From positions 1,824,894 to 1,888,893 of the forward strand of contig JAYQLI010000035.1 in the NCBI GenBank assembly GCA_038143065.1: 64,000 nucleotides of DNA, read 5' to 3'. The notes beneath the pieces are model-generated. The model worked only from the letters and a program-made list of their open reading frames with translations, was not told where the DNA came from and made no database searches. This document shows positions 54,322 to 64,000 of this stretch, in pieces; the first letter of the stretch is position 1; each line of letters begins with the position of its first letter. The translations under genes and the position numbers were made by a program. The DNA comes from Rhodospirillales bacterium (GTDB lineage: Bacteria > Pseudomonadota > Alphaproteobacteria > Bin95).

Positions 54322-55293
54322 AGATGTGAGAGCTTCTGGATTTATAACGTTTATCGGTTTTCCGGCTTCAAACGCGTTCACTTGATCAAAAATATCACTG
54401 AATTGAAGCTCAAACTCATCTTCGGTTACATAACCTATATGTGGCGTACATACGACATTGGGATGATTGGCTAATGGGTCATCCTCGTCCTGAAGGGGTT
54501 CATTCTCAAATACGTCTACAGCGGCTGAACCAGGACGCCCTGCGTTGAGCGCTGCTACTAATTGATTAGGTTCCACCAGCTCAGCTCTAGACGTATTCAC
54601 AAATAAGCTGTCTGGCCTCATCCAAGCCAGATCTTGTGATGTAATCAGCCCTCGCGTGGCTGAATTTAGCCGCACATGTATGCTAATTATGTCTGGTTCG
54701 GAAAAGAAAGTTTTTCGGCTTTCCGCAACCCTCACTCCATCTGCTTTGGCGCGCAATCGGCCTGCTTCAGATCCCCACCAAATCACCTGAAGTCCAAAAG
54801 CTTTTGCATATTCCGCAACCAACTTTGCAATGCGGCCGTATCCGAAAAGACCGAGGGTCCGCCCTCTAACCGACTTACCAACACCCATTTGCCATTTGCC
54901 CGCTTTTAGAGAAGCCTGCTGCGCTGGAATTTGTCGCATTGCTGCCAAAATAAGAGCCCATGTCAGCTCGGCCGTGGCAAAGGATGGAGTATCGGCATGC
55001 TGACTTGAACAGAGAAGCACGCCTCTTTCAGTCAGTGCATTTAGGTCAATATGTGGCCAAACACTGCGCTGACTCACGAGTTTTAGGTTTGGCAATTGAT
55101 CGATTAATGCCTTTCGAATTGCGGTCCGCTCGCGGAATAAACATAAAGCCTCTGCATCCACTAAACGTTGAGCAAGAATATCAACATCATCTGTGTGATC
55201 GTTCCAAATTGTTGTCTGGTGGCCCTCCATCTTCTTGTAACAATCCAGCCCACGAAGAGTATCAAACCAGTCATCTAAAATATGGACACGCAA
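54313..55293 (-). CDS. D-2-hydroxyacid dehydrogenase family protein
   Basis: ILDDW, RERT, GYGRIA, VNTSRA, VDVFENEP, TPHIGYVT; probable TTG start 55293. Confidence 0.9.
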   Translation of the reverse strand: MRVHILDDWFDTLRGLDCYKKMEGHQTTIWNDHTDDVDILAQRLVDAEALCLFRERTAIRKALIDQLPNLKLVSQRSVWPHIDLNALTERGVLLCSSQHADTPSFATAELTWALILAAMRQIPAQQASLKAGKWQMGVGKSVRGRTLGLFGYGRIAKLVAEYAKAFGLQVIWWGSEAGRLRAKADGVRVAESRKTFFSEPDIISIHVRLNSATRGLITSQDLAWMRPDSLFVNTSRAELVEPNQLVAALNAGRPGSAAVDVFENEPLQDEDDPLANHPNVVCTPHIGYVTEDEFELQFSDIFDQVNAFEAGKPINVINPEALTSSI

Positions 55294-55297
55294 TTCT

Positions 55298-56179
55298 TTA
55301 ATTCCCCAGCGCTTCGATTGCGGCAGCTTTAGCGAGAATTCGCCGAGCCTGCACTGCGTGCAGGTTTTCAATTAATTTGCCGTCGAGCGTCGCGACCCCC
55401 TGGCCTGTTGCTATTGCAGTCTCATAGGCTTCAACGACTTTTTCAGCGTTCTCGACTGCCTTTGGGTCAGGGCCAAACCACGCATTCGCTGGCGCAACCT
55501 GTTTAGGGTGAATTAATGTCTTCCCATCAAAACCCATATCAACCGCCTGCCGGCAATGGGCTTCATATTGTTTATCATCCGTTAGATTTAAATGAACTCC
55601 GTCAAGAACGCTTCTACCATGTGCGCGAGCCGCTAAAAGAACTAAGCCAAAACTGGTAAGGAATGGAATGCGCTGCGGAGTATGGTTTGCTGTGAGGTCA
55701 ACGGCTAGGTCAGAAGTACCCATTACTAAAACCATAAGCTTTGAATGTGCAGCTATTTCTTCGACGCGAAGAACGCCTTTTGGCGTCTCTATCATAGCCC
55801 ATAGCCATAAAGTTTCCGGCGCGCCTGCATCTCCAAGAATTTGGTCCACCTCCTCCAACATTTTGGCGGACTCCACCTTTGGTATGACAACTGCATGAGC
55901 TCCTGATCGGGCTATGGCCTGGAGGTCTTCTTTACCCCATGGGGTATCTAGCCCATTTGCCCTTATAGCAATCTCCCGCCTTCCATAGTCACCCGATAGT
56001 GCTGCTTGCACAGCCATTCGTCGCGCATCGGCCTTCGCGTCTGGAGCAACTGCATCCTCTAAATCAAAAATGAGCGCATCAGCCGGCAAGCCTTTTGCTT
56101 TTTCGAGAGCTGACGCGCGAGATGCAGGCATGTAGAGGACGCTGCGTCGCGGGCGGAACACTTCCTCTTCTTGAGACAT
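55298..56179 (-). CDS. CitE/malyl-CoA lyase-thioesterase family (HpcH/HpaI) CoA ester lyase
   Basis: RPRRSVLYMP, DLEDAVAPDAK, PKVES, MIETP, MGTSDL, GFDGKTLIHP.Q, GKLIENLH. Confidence 0.9.
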   Translation of the reverse strand: MSQEEEVFRPRRSVLYMPASRASALEKAKGLPADALIFDLEDAVAPDAKADARRMAVQAALSGDYGRREIAIRANGLDTPWGKEDLQAIARSGAHAVVIPKVESAKMLEEVDQILGDAGAPETLWLWAMIETPKGVLRVEEIAAHSKLMVLVMGTSDLAVDLTANHTPQRIPFLTSFGLVLLAARAHGRSVLDGVHLNLTDDKQYEAHCRQAVDMGFDGKTLIHPKQVAPANAWFGPDPKAVENAEKVVEAYETAIATGQGVATLDGKLIENLHAVQARRILAKAAAIEALGN

Positions 56180-56262
56180 GTAAAAGCTCCTGCGCTATAC
56201 TTTCCATATATTGTTGATAGCGCTAGGGCGAGAATGAAGAAAGGCGGTTGATGGAAATAGAT

Positions 56263-57108
56263 ATGTGTCAGCCTGTCTTAACTCTGCAATCCAGCGTCGC
56301 TTATGGCCATGTTGGAAATTCAACTGCAGCCTTTGCTTTGCAAAGACTGGGTCGTGAGGTGATCCGGATTGACACTGTGCGTTTTTCAAATCATCCAGCC
56401 CATGGCGGGTTTACCGGAGACAATACAAGTTCAGCCGAAATCAACTCCCTGATCTCAGGCCTCTCTAGTGGTGGCTTCCTTTTAAATGTATCTGCAGTTC
56501 TTTCTGGATATTTGGGTACATCTGCCAATGCTCAGTCAGTAAAACAGGCTGTTTTAACAACAAGAACAGCAAACCCTGCTGTAATATTCTGCCTTGATCC
56601 AGTGATAGGAGATCGCCCTAAAGGCCGTTTTGTGGCTGAAGATGTGCCTAACGCTATAGCTTCAGAGCTACTACCAATTGCTGATATAGCCACACCAAAT
56701 GCTTTTGAATTGGAAATTCTCTCTGGGTTAAAAGTTCAAACCACTGCTCAGGCAATCAAGGCGGCAAGGGTTCTCTTAAATCAACACAGCTTGAGAGTGG
56801 TAGTGACTACTGGGCTCCATGTCGGCAATTCTATAATCACAATTGCGGTCACCCGAACCCAAGCCTGGGAGGTATGTACTCCACGAATAGATGCCCCCGC
56901 ATTCGGGGCAGGCGATTTATTCTGTGCAATCTTCCTAGCTCGGTATCTGGAAAACGCTTTGCCTGATAGAGCTCTTTCACTCGCAGCCTCAAGCGTATTT
57001 GCTGTGTTCGCAGAGACCGCTCGGTCTGGAAAGCCAGAGCTCGCATTAATTAAAGCCCAGGATGCTCTTTTAAGTCCCCCAGAAATTTTTCCTGCAGAGG
57101 TTAGATAG
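56263..57108 (+). CDS. pdxY: Pyridoxal kinase PdxY/PdxK
   Basis: LQSSVAYGHVGN, TV.FSNH, LSGYLG, DPVIGD, TPNAFELE, GAGDLF. Confidence 0.9.
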   Translation: MCQPVLTLQSSVAYGHVGNSTAAFALQRLGREVIRIDTVRFSNHPAHGGFTGDNTSSAEINSLISGLSSGGFLLNVSAVLSGYLGTSANAQSVKQAVLTTRTANPAVIFCLDPVIGDRPKGRFVAEDVPNAIASELLPIADIATPNAFELEILSGLKVQTTAQAIKAARVLLNQHSLRVVVTTGLHVGNSIITIAVTRTQAWEVCTPRIDAPAFGAGDLFCAIFLARYLENALPDRALSLAASSVFAVFAETARSGKPELALIKAQDALLSPPEIFPAEVR

Positions 57109-57111
57109 TCT

Positions 57112-58865
57112 ATGGCAGGTGAGGCTACGGATTTTGTTTGGCTGCATGACGCAGTCGTTTACCTTGGAGCAGCTGTTGTAACAGCACCAATTTGTGTCCG
57201 GATCGGCGCAAGTCCAATTCTGGGATATCTATTAGCTGGAGTTGCCCTTGGCCCTTTCGCATTCAGGGTAATTAAAGACGTAGAAGGAGCCGCCAATCTA
57301 GCAGAGCTCGGTGTTGTCTTGCTGATGTTTACCATTGGCTTAGAACTCTCCTTCCAGCGATTACGTGTAATGGCCAAACATATATTTGGCTTTGGCCTAG
57401 CCCAGGTTCTACTGACGAGCGCAGGGATTTGCATAATTGCGAGAGCCATTGGCCTCTCTTGGGAGGCCTCACTTTTTGGTGGGCGGTGCGCTTTCTCTAT
57501 CGTCCACCGCACTTGTTCTGCGGCTTTTAGCTGAACGGGGCGAGCTTCAAACTAGGCATGGTAGACTGGTATTTTCAGCCCTGTTGTTCCAGGACTTAGC
57601 AGTCGCGCCAATGTTGGCAGCAGCACCATTGTTGGCCTTCAATAATACACAACAATTGCTTGAGGTTGGGGACCTTTTACAAGCGCTAGCAACTGCCATT
57701 GTTGTAGTTGGTGGCTTCATCCTTATTGGCCGGTTTGCATTACGCCCCTTCCTTCGCGTCATCGCTGCTATGAATAATCGAGAGGTTTTTGCTGCAGCCA
57801 GTTTACTAATTGTTCTAGCGACTTCGTGGATAGGAGCCATTACAGGCTTATCAATGGCTTTAGGTGCCTTTCTTGCAGGAATGCTGCTTGCTGGAAGTGG
57901 CTTTCGACATCAAGTCGAGATGGAAATTGTACCCTTTCGTGGTCTGCTTCTTGGTTTGTTTTTCATGTCCATTGGAGCATTGATTGATATTCAAGCTTTA
58001 ACCCACCTTTGGCGTGAAGCCCTTTTGGCTACTCTTGCATTAATCATTTTTAAGAGTTTGGTAATCACAGGTTTGGCCCGCCTCATTGGCTTCTCATTAC
58101 CAACGGCCATTCATTGCGGTCTTCTGCTGGCTCAAGGTGGTGAGTTTGCTTTTGCTCTTGCATCCATTGCTTTTGGCAGTGGCGTTTTAAATGGGGTTGA
58201 AGCCCAGATTTTTTACTGGCAACTGCAATATCCCTGGGCTTAACTCCGATACTCGCATGGCTTGGAGGCTTTCTAGACAAGAAATTGGAAGGCCGCGGTC
58301 TGCCAGGGTTAACAGAATTCGAGTCCAGGCTTATGAAGCTTAGAGGAGAGATGGTTATCGTAGGGTTTGGTCGCGCAGGACAAACCTTAGGAAGAGTACT
58401 TGAAGCAGCTCAGGAAAATTTTGTTGCAATTGATAATTCACCATCACGAGTATTAGCCGCTAACGCTAATGGGCAGTCTGTTTTTTTGCCGATGTACGAA
58501 GCGCTCGAGTATTGCGAACAATAGCGAAGGCTCGTCCACGATTGGTCATCATTGCAATTAGTGATGCTGACAGCGGGATCGAGTTAATTAATTGGCTACG
58601 AAAAAAGGCACCTGACATAAAGGTATATGCACGTGCAGCTGACCAGACTGCACAAGAGAACCTTATTTCTGCAGGTGCCGAATTTGTTGTTCGTGAAGTG
58701 GCGGAGTCTAGCTTGCACATGGGAGGTGAAATTTTGCGTGCACTAGGTCGAAGTAAAGATGATGCCGCATCCACTATCGATATTTTCCGTCAGGATGAAT
58801 ATCAGGCCTTAAGTTCATTTATTGATCCCAAAGGCGAGAGATATGGGAAAAATTTGACACAGTAG
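57112..58865 (+). CDS. CPA2 monovalent cation:proton antiporter (KefB/KefC-like) with TrkA-N domain (three apparent frameshifts near 57473, 58210, 58485)
   Basis: LGYLLAG..LGP, AELGVV.LMF.IGLE, LSSTA, LLFQD, PFRGLLLGLFF, QGGEFAF, GFGRAG; pieces joined across T-runs. Confidence 0.85.
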
Positions 58866-58916
58866 GAGGCAATAATTCAGGGTGCTATTGTTGTCCAAAC
58901 GTTGGAGTAGTCGTTG

Positions 58917-60119
58917 ATGGAAATGAGCTTTTCTGCCGCTGATGAAACCTTCCGCGATAAAGTTAAAGCTTTCGTAGCAGATAATTTGCCCGCTCAAATT
59001 AGAAGAAAAGTGTCCGAAGGCGTCGAGTTCACAAGTTCTGACATGCGCACCTGGATGGGTATTTTAGCAAAACAAGGATGGCTGGCCACTAATTGGGACC
59101 AGAAAGATGGCGGCCCAGGCTGGAGTGCCGCACAAAAGCATATCTTTGAAGAGGAGTGTGCAGCCGCCGGTGCACCGGACATCGTGCCTTTTGGAACGCG
59201 AATGGTTGGACCAGTACTTTTGAAATTTGGTTCAGATTCTCAGAAAAAGAAATTCTTACCAGGCATTCTGTCTGCAGAGACTATTTGGTGCCAAGGCTAT
59301 TCCGAACCAGGAGCTGGCTCTGATCTTGCAAACCTTCAAATGTCGGCAAAGCTAGACGGCGGTGCCTATGTGGTTAATGGCACGAAAATTTGGACTACCC
59401 AGGCCCATATGGCTGATATGATGTTCGCGCTAGTTCGCACGGACAAGTCCGGTCGCAAGCAAGATGGTGTCACATGCCTTCTTATCGACATGTCTGCTCC
59501 AGGCGTTACGGTTCGGCCAATAATAACTATTGATGGACGGCACCGCTTCAATCAGGAGTTTTTCGATAACGTTAGGGTGCCGTTAGAGAATCGGGTTGGC
59601 GAAGAAGGGGATGGATGGCGCATTGCCAAATATCTTCTTGGTCACGAAAGATCGAGTTCTGCAGGGGTAGCAGGGGCAGTCCGAATGCTTGGCAAACTGC
59701 GGAGTATTGCAAATGCAGAGCGCGATGGTGATGGGGCGCAACTTATTAAGGATCAAGCTTTCCGCAGTCGGCTATCAGATTTAGAGGTACGCCTTGAAGG
59801 TCTGCGCATGACAGCCGCACGAAATCTTGCTCGTGCGTCTGCAGATCAGCCGGTTGGGCCCGAAGCTTCTGTGCTCAAACTTGGTATGGCTGAAATCAGG
59901 AAAGATATCGCCGAGCTTGGTTGTATTGCTGGTGGATATTATGCGAGCCCTTTCGATCCCGTTGCAATTCGCGAGGGTTGGGGAAATCAAGAACCAATTG
60001 GTGCGGACTACATCTTTAAATTATCACCTGATTACTTTGAAATGCGAGCTCGTTCGATTGCAGGGGGATCGAATGAAATCCAGAAGAATATTATCGCCAA
60101 ACGCGTATTGGGGCTTTAA
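58917..60119 (+). CDS. Acyl-CoA dehydrogenase, PimC/FadE large-subunit-like
   Basis: WCQGYSEPGAGSDLA, VNGTKIWTT, LLGHER, SIAGGSNEIQKNII. Confidence 0.9.
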   Translation: MEMSFSAADETFRDKVKAFVADNLPAQIRRKVSEGVEFTSSDMRTWMGILAKQGWLATNWDQKDGGPGWSAAQKHIFEEECAAAGAPDIVPFGTRMVGPVLLKFGSDSQKKKFLPGILSAETIWCQGYSEPGAGSDLANLQMSAKLDGGAYVVNGTKIWTTQAHMADMMFALVRTDKSGRKQDGVTCLLIDMSAPGVTVRPIITIDGRHRFNQEFFDNVRVPLENRVGEEGDGWRIAKYLLGHERSSSAGVAGAVRMLGKLRSIANAERDGDGAQLIKDQAFRSRLSDLEVRLEGLRMTAARNLARASADQPVGPEASVLKLGMAEIRKDIAELGCIAGGYYASPFDPVAIREGWGNQEPIGADYIFKLSPDYFEMRARSIAGGSNEIQKNIIAKRVLGL

Positions 60120-60124
60120 GCATC

Positions 60125-61321
60125 ATGGATATGACATTCACGTCTGAAGAGTTGCAATTTCAACAAAAAGTTGCCGATTGGACTAAAGAGAATTTACCGG
60201 CTGATATAAAAGAAAAAGTAGATCGTGGATTGGAGCTGAATAGAGACGATTTTGAAAGATGGATGCGCATCCTTTCTCGTCAGGGCTGGATTGCAACTAA
60301 TTGGGATTCAAAGGATGGTGGCCCAGGATGGAGCGTTGGGCAAAAATTTTTAGCTGATGAAGCTATTTTTTTCGAGGGCGCCCCTCGGGTAGTGCACTTT
60401 GGTACCCGAATGGTTGGTCCAGTTTTGCTTGCCTTCGGAACAGACGAACAAAAAGCAAAATATATTCCTAAAATACTCTCCAGCGAAGAAATCTGGTGCC
60501 AAGGATATTCAGAACCCCAAGCTGGGTCTGACTTGGCCCAGTTGCAGTGCTCCGCAGTTCTTGATGGAGACCATTATGTGGTCAATGGCACAAAAATTTG
60601 GACATCATACGCCCATTGTGCAGATCGAATGTTTGCTCTTGTTCGCACGGCAAAAACTGCAAAAAAACAAGAAGGCATCACTTGCCTTTTGATTGATCTA
60701 AAAGCTCCTGGAGTAGATATTCGGCCTATAATAACGCTCGACGGGAAACATCACTTCAACCAAGAATTTTTAACGGACGTCCGAGTTCCTGTTTCAGACC
60801 GAGTTGGAGCGGAAGGTGAAGGTTGGAAGGTTGCAAAATTTCTCCTTGGCCATGAACGTTCCAATGCATCTTACGTTTCCATCAACAAGCGAAATTTGAA
60901 GAAACTAAAAGAGATTGCAAGCGATCAACGGGCAGATGGTCAGCGACTCGCTGATAACCCAGATTTCATGACCAAGGTTGCAAACCTAGAGATCGAAATC
61001 ACCACCACAACAACCATGGCAATGCGTCAGCTAGCTTCCGCCGCCGCTGATAAGCCTGTAGGCGCTGAAGCATCCATTTTAAAAATTCGAGTTATGGATG
61101 CGTTGAAATCATGCCATGAACTCATGATGGAAGCAGGTGCTTATTACGCAATGCCCTGGGAAACTAGCCACATACGCGCTGAAAGTAACCTTGATTGGGT
61201 AGGTCCAAGTTACATGTACCGAATGACACCAGATTACTTTGAGAGCCGAGCGATGAGCATTGCTGGAGGCAGCCACGAAATCCAAAAGGATATCTTGGCA
61301 AAACGCTCACTTGGACTTTAA
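60125..61321 (+). CDS. Acyl-CoA dehydrogenase, PimC/FadE large-subunit-like (tandem paralogue)
   Basis: WCQGYSEPQAGSDLA, VNGTKIWTS, LLGHER, SIAGGSHEIQKDIL. Confidence 0.9.
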   Translation: MDMTFTSEELQFQQKVADWTKENLPADIKEKVDRGLELNRDDFERWMRILSRQGWIATNWDSKDGGPGWSVGQKFLADEAIFFEGAPRVVHFGTRMVGPVLLAFGTDEQKAKYIPKILSSEEIWCQGYSEPQAGSDLAQLQCSAVLDGDHYVVNGTKIWTSYAHCADRMFALVRTAKTAKKQEGITCLLIDLKAPGVDIRPIITLDGKHHFNQEFLTDVRVPVSDRVGAEGEGWKVAKFLLGHERSNASYVSINKRNLKKLKEIASDQRADGQRLADNPDFMTKVANLEIEITTTTTMAMRQLASAAADKPVGAEASILKIRVMDALKSCHELMMEAGAYYAMPWETSHIRAESNLDWVGPSYMYRMTPDYFESRAMSIAGGSHEIQKDILAKRSLGL

Positions 61322-61322
61322 G

Positions 61323-62101
61323 TCAGCCTAAGAAGGTCAAAACTTCTTTAGCTAGTGCTTCAGGCTGATCAAGGTCGACCAAATGTCCTGCATCGGGAAT
61401 TTCGACTATTTCAGTAGGACCTGAGATCGCTTCGGCAAATTTTTCCGCATAAGTTTTAGGTATTACTTGATCATCTGCCCCCCACACTATCAATGTTGGG
61501 CATATAATCCGATGAAGACGCCTAATAATTCGGGTATCACCCATAGGCCAGAGCAACCGGGCGGAAGCTTCACGTGCACGGGCCATCTCGATTGGCCACT
61601 CTACTGGGTCGGCATCATTTGGTCGGCGTATAAAATCTGAATATGCATCGCTGTTTTTACAAAAAAGGCTCCCAAATTCGTGGCCCTGTTGAGCCCATGG
61701 GCTAGCAGTTGGGTGCAACTCGTCATAGATCCCAAAAGGAGCAACAAGCACAAGCTTATCTACTTTGTGCGGCCACATTGCAGCTACCTCTGCTGCAAGT
61801 GTTGCACCTATTGATACTCCTACGAGAGGTGGTCCCTCAAGATTTACACCATTCAGAAGCTCTCGCATGGCTACAATCCAATCAAGTGTTGTATCCAGCT
61901 CACGATGGCCTTCGGCTCCTGGAAAGCCAGGAATTGATGGAGCTATAACTTTTGATTGACGGCAAGAGCTTCAGCAAAGGCAGGCCACTTAGGCAAGCCC
62001 GCAAGACCTGCTAAATATCCTATCGGCCCACCAGTACCTTTTTGCCAAACACGACAGGGATACCCATTCACCGAAACACTCGAGATCTCCAACTCAGACA
62101 T
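61323..62101 (-). CDS. Alpha/beta hydrolase, Ser nucleophile (apparent frameshift near 61952)
   Basis: N-terminus MSELE...RVWQKGTG.PIGYLAG..G, then APSIPGFPG; GVSIG nucleophile elbow, WGADD, AGH. Confidence 0.85.
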
Positions 62102-62111
62102 GAGGTTTAAC

Positions 62112-63383
62112 CTACTCTGCTGCTTCTAGGTTCCTGGGAAGTGGTGTTGAACGATGGTCTGCAGCCATTGGCTTCGGCCACCAGTGGTTTTGCCATTCGT
62201 CATCCCACATATCTTTAAGCTGTGGCAGCACCTGCTCCGCATATAATTTGGTATTATACATGGCGACATCACGGCTCATATTTCCATACTGTAACAAGAG
62301 CATCAGCTGCCCCACATGGAGTTCTTGAGCGACTTCTTTCAGCTTTTCTGCAACCTGGTCTGGAGTGCCAATTATTACGTACCCATTGTCAAGAATTGCA
62401 TCAAATTCACGTGCTTTTTTGTCTACGACTAAGGCTGTCTTATTATCACTTGCGACCCGGGATACCTGCCCCTGAATGCCCGCTCGCATGGTGGCCTCTG
62501 TGGTATATCCCGGTGGAGTTGCATATCTCGGATCAACATGCAGACAACGACCGTAGAAATATTCAGCTGGCTCCTTATAGAGTTTGTAAGCTTCTTCTTC
62601 CGTCTCAGCCACGCCGACAAACTGCAAGAACCCAGCTCTGTAAGGATTTCTATCCTTGCCTAGACGATCCATCTCCTCCCAAAAGCCCTTCATTGTGGCC
62701 ATCCCAGCCTTGTATCCATAATACGAGAGATAGCAATAAACGTAGTCCATCTCAGCACACCATTGCCACGTCTCTACTGAGCCACCGCCTGGTATCCAGA
62801 CCGGTGGGTGAGGATCATCTTGAACTGGCCTTGGCCATATATTGACATAGCGCTGCTGATTGTATCGACCATTGAATGAGAATGTTTCCTTCTCCTTCCA
62901 GGCTTTCATGACAAGATCGTGCGCCTCCAGATATCGCTCTCGAAGCATGGATGGGTTCTGACCATAGGCGTAACAAGTATCCATAGGAGTGCCTACTGGG
63001 AAACCTGCTATTAAGCGGCCTCCTGATATACAATCGATCATCGCAAACTCTTCAGCAACACGCGTTGGTGGGTTGTAGAGAGCGAGCGAGTTACCCATCA
63101 CGCACAAGGCTGCATTACTCGTTCGTCTGGCCAGTGAAGAAGCAATCAGGTTTGGCGATGGCATCAATCCATACCCATTGGAGTGATGTTCGTTGACACA
63201 AATTCCATCAAAACCGCAATCAGCTGCGTATTCCAGCTCATCCATGAAGTCGTTGTACATGCCATGCGCTTTGCGCGGATCAAACAGAGAGGAATGAACA
63301 TCAACCCAAACCGAAGGATGATTGTCTCTGAAATCATCGGGCAGTTCGGTGTAGGGCATTAAGTGGAACCAGAGCTGCTTCAT
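62112..63383 (-). CDS. LLM class flavin-dependent monooxygenase
   Basis: WFHLMPY, GFDGICVNEHH, PTRVAEEFAMID.ISGGRL..GF..G, PRPVQ..HPPVW, GTPDQV; AGGAGA RBS. Confidence 0.9.
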   Translation of the reverse strand: MKQLWFHLMPYTELPDDFRDNHPSVWVDVHSSLFDPRKAHGMYNDFMDELEYAADCGFDGICVNEHHSNGYGLMPSPNLIASSLARRTSNAALCVMGNSLALYNPPTRVAEEFAMIDCISGGRLIAGFPVGTPMDTCYAYGQNPSMLRERYLEAHDLVMKAWKEKETFSFNGRYNQQRYVNIWPRPVQDDPHPPVWIPGGGSVETWQWCAEMDYVYCYLSYYGYKAGMATMKGFWEEMDRLGKDRNPYRAGFLQFVGVAETEEEAYKLYKEPAEYFYGRCLHVDPRYATPPGYTTEATMRAGIQGQVSRVASDNKTALVVDKKAREFDAILDNGYVIIGTPDQVAEKLKEVAQELHVGQLMLLLQYGNMSRDVAMYNTKLYAEQVLPQLKDMWDDEWQNHWWPKPMAADHRSTPLPRNLEAAE

Positions 63384-63448
63384 AATCAGGGTCTCCTGGC
63401 TAGAATTCAGCGATAAAGATAGTAACGCGTCTGTTTTAGTTATGTCTA

Positions 63449-64000
63449 TTACGCGTATGTTGCTTGGACCTCACCAAATGGCCCAAAATCAGCAATAAAA
63501 GTTTCTCCAACTTTGGGGCGAAGCATACCAGTCAATGTACCAGTGCTTATGATTTGTGATGCCTTCAGCCCATCCCCTTTTGAGGAAAGTTCGTTTGCAA
63601 GCCAATGGACTGGAGTTATTGGGTCATCTATCGAATCCCTTGCCACTCCCTCCCGTCGCAGAACACCATTTGCAGATAACGTTATGCGTTGATTAGATAT
63701 ATCTCGGTTTTGCCAATCAGGAATCGCAGGTCCAATTACAAGCGAGCCTCCACCACTTCCATCTGCCAATATGCCAGACAAAGGTGGGAAGAACTCGTCA
63801 TGAACAAAGCGACATTCTGCTAATTCAATTCCAATATGTATAGTCTCAACAGAATCAATGATTTCTGCACGCGAGTAAGGTGTCGGGCGGCTCGCCAAAT
63901 CTGAGCCGACGAGCACCATATATTCGGGTTCAGGAATTGGACTGCATTGCTTGACATATTCGACTGCCGCTGGGGTCTTCAAAATTTTACCCGAGAAAAC
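63449..64000 (-). CDS. 2-keto-4-pentenoate hydratase / FAA hydrolase family protein, 5' part outside window
   Basis: EPE, IEL...RF, LAD, WLANEL...G..L.A.QIISTGT, FG.FG.V; frame open to window end. Confidence 0.82.
   Translation of the reverse strand, partial: VFSGKILKTPAAVEYVKQCSPIPEPEYMVLVGSDLASRPTPYSRAEIIDSVETIHIGIELAECRFVHDEFFPPLSGILADGSGGGSLVIGPAIPDWQNRDISNQRITLSANGVLRREGVARDSIDDPITPVHWLANELSSKGDGLKASQIISTGTLTGMLRPKVGETFIADFGPFGEVQATYA

Noticed and set aside
62222-62845. 207-aa plus-strand ORF and other long antisense ORFs (e.g. 42483-42950, 45938-46354, 13511-13900)
   Set aside because: Shadow ORFs opposite well-supported genes, with no motifs

Overview
64-kb chromosomal segment of a moderate-GC Alphaproteobacterium. 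Gene content suggests a marine, probably Rhodospirillales-like lineage, but this is inference. Layout: (i) 1-19.3 kb is mostly core: rsmB end, orphan chrR, an LLM oxidoreductase, 6S RNA-ygfA-ymdB-yebC-ruvCAB-ybgC-tolQRAB-pal-cpoB-tilS-ftsH, then sdhCDAB. (ii) 19.6-39.6 kb is a block of about 20 catabolic enzymes (PhyH dioxygenase, HpsN-like HisD paralogue, DMSP-lyase-family cupin, SDRs, Zn/Fe-ADHs, lactonase, Ldh_2, PrpD, carboxyltransferase, crotonase, aminotransferase, LLM). It is interrupted by an SRAP gene and yggT-yggU-folD and contains no regulator or transporter. (iii) mntR is divergent from a TroABCD-type Mn ABC transporter, with an MntR box between them. (iv) A DD-carboxypeptidase and a GldA/GldF/GldG/DUF4340 ABC system of unknown function. 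(v) yccA, a DHA2 MFS pump, SDR, 2-hydroxyacid dehydrogenase, CitE, pdxY, a Kef-type antiporter, two tandem PimC-like acyl-CoA dehydrogenases and a hydratase-LLM-hydrolase operon. About 16 apparent frameshifts in 14 genes, many in homopolymers or short repeats and one in sdhA, most likely reflect long-read consensus errors. No rRNA, tRNA, CRISPR, phage or IS was recognised. All calls come from motif and family recognition by eye; no database searches were run.
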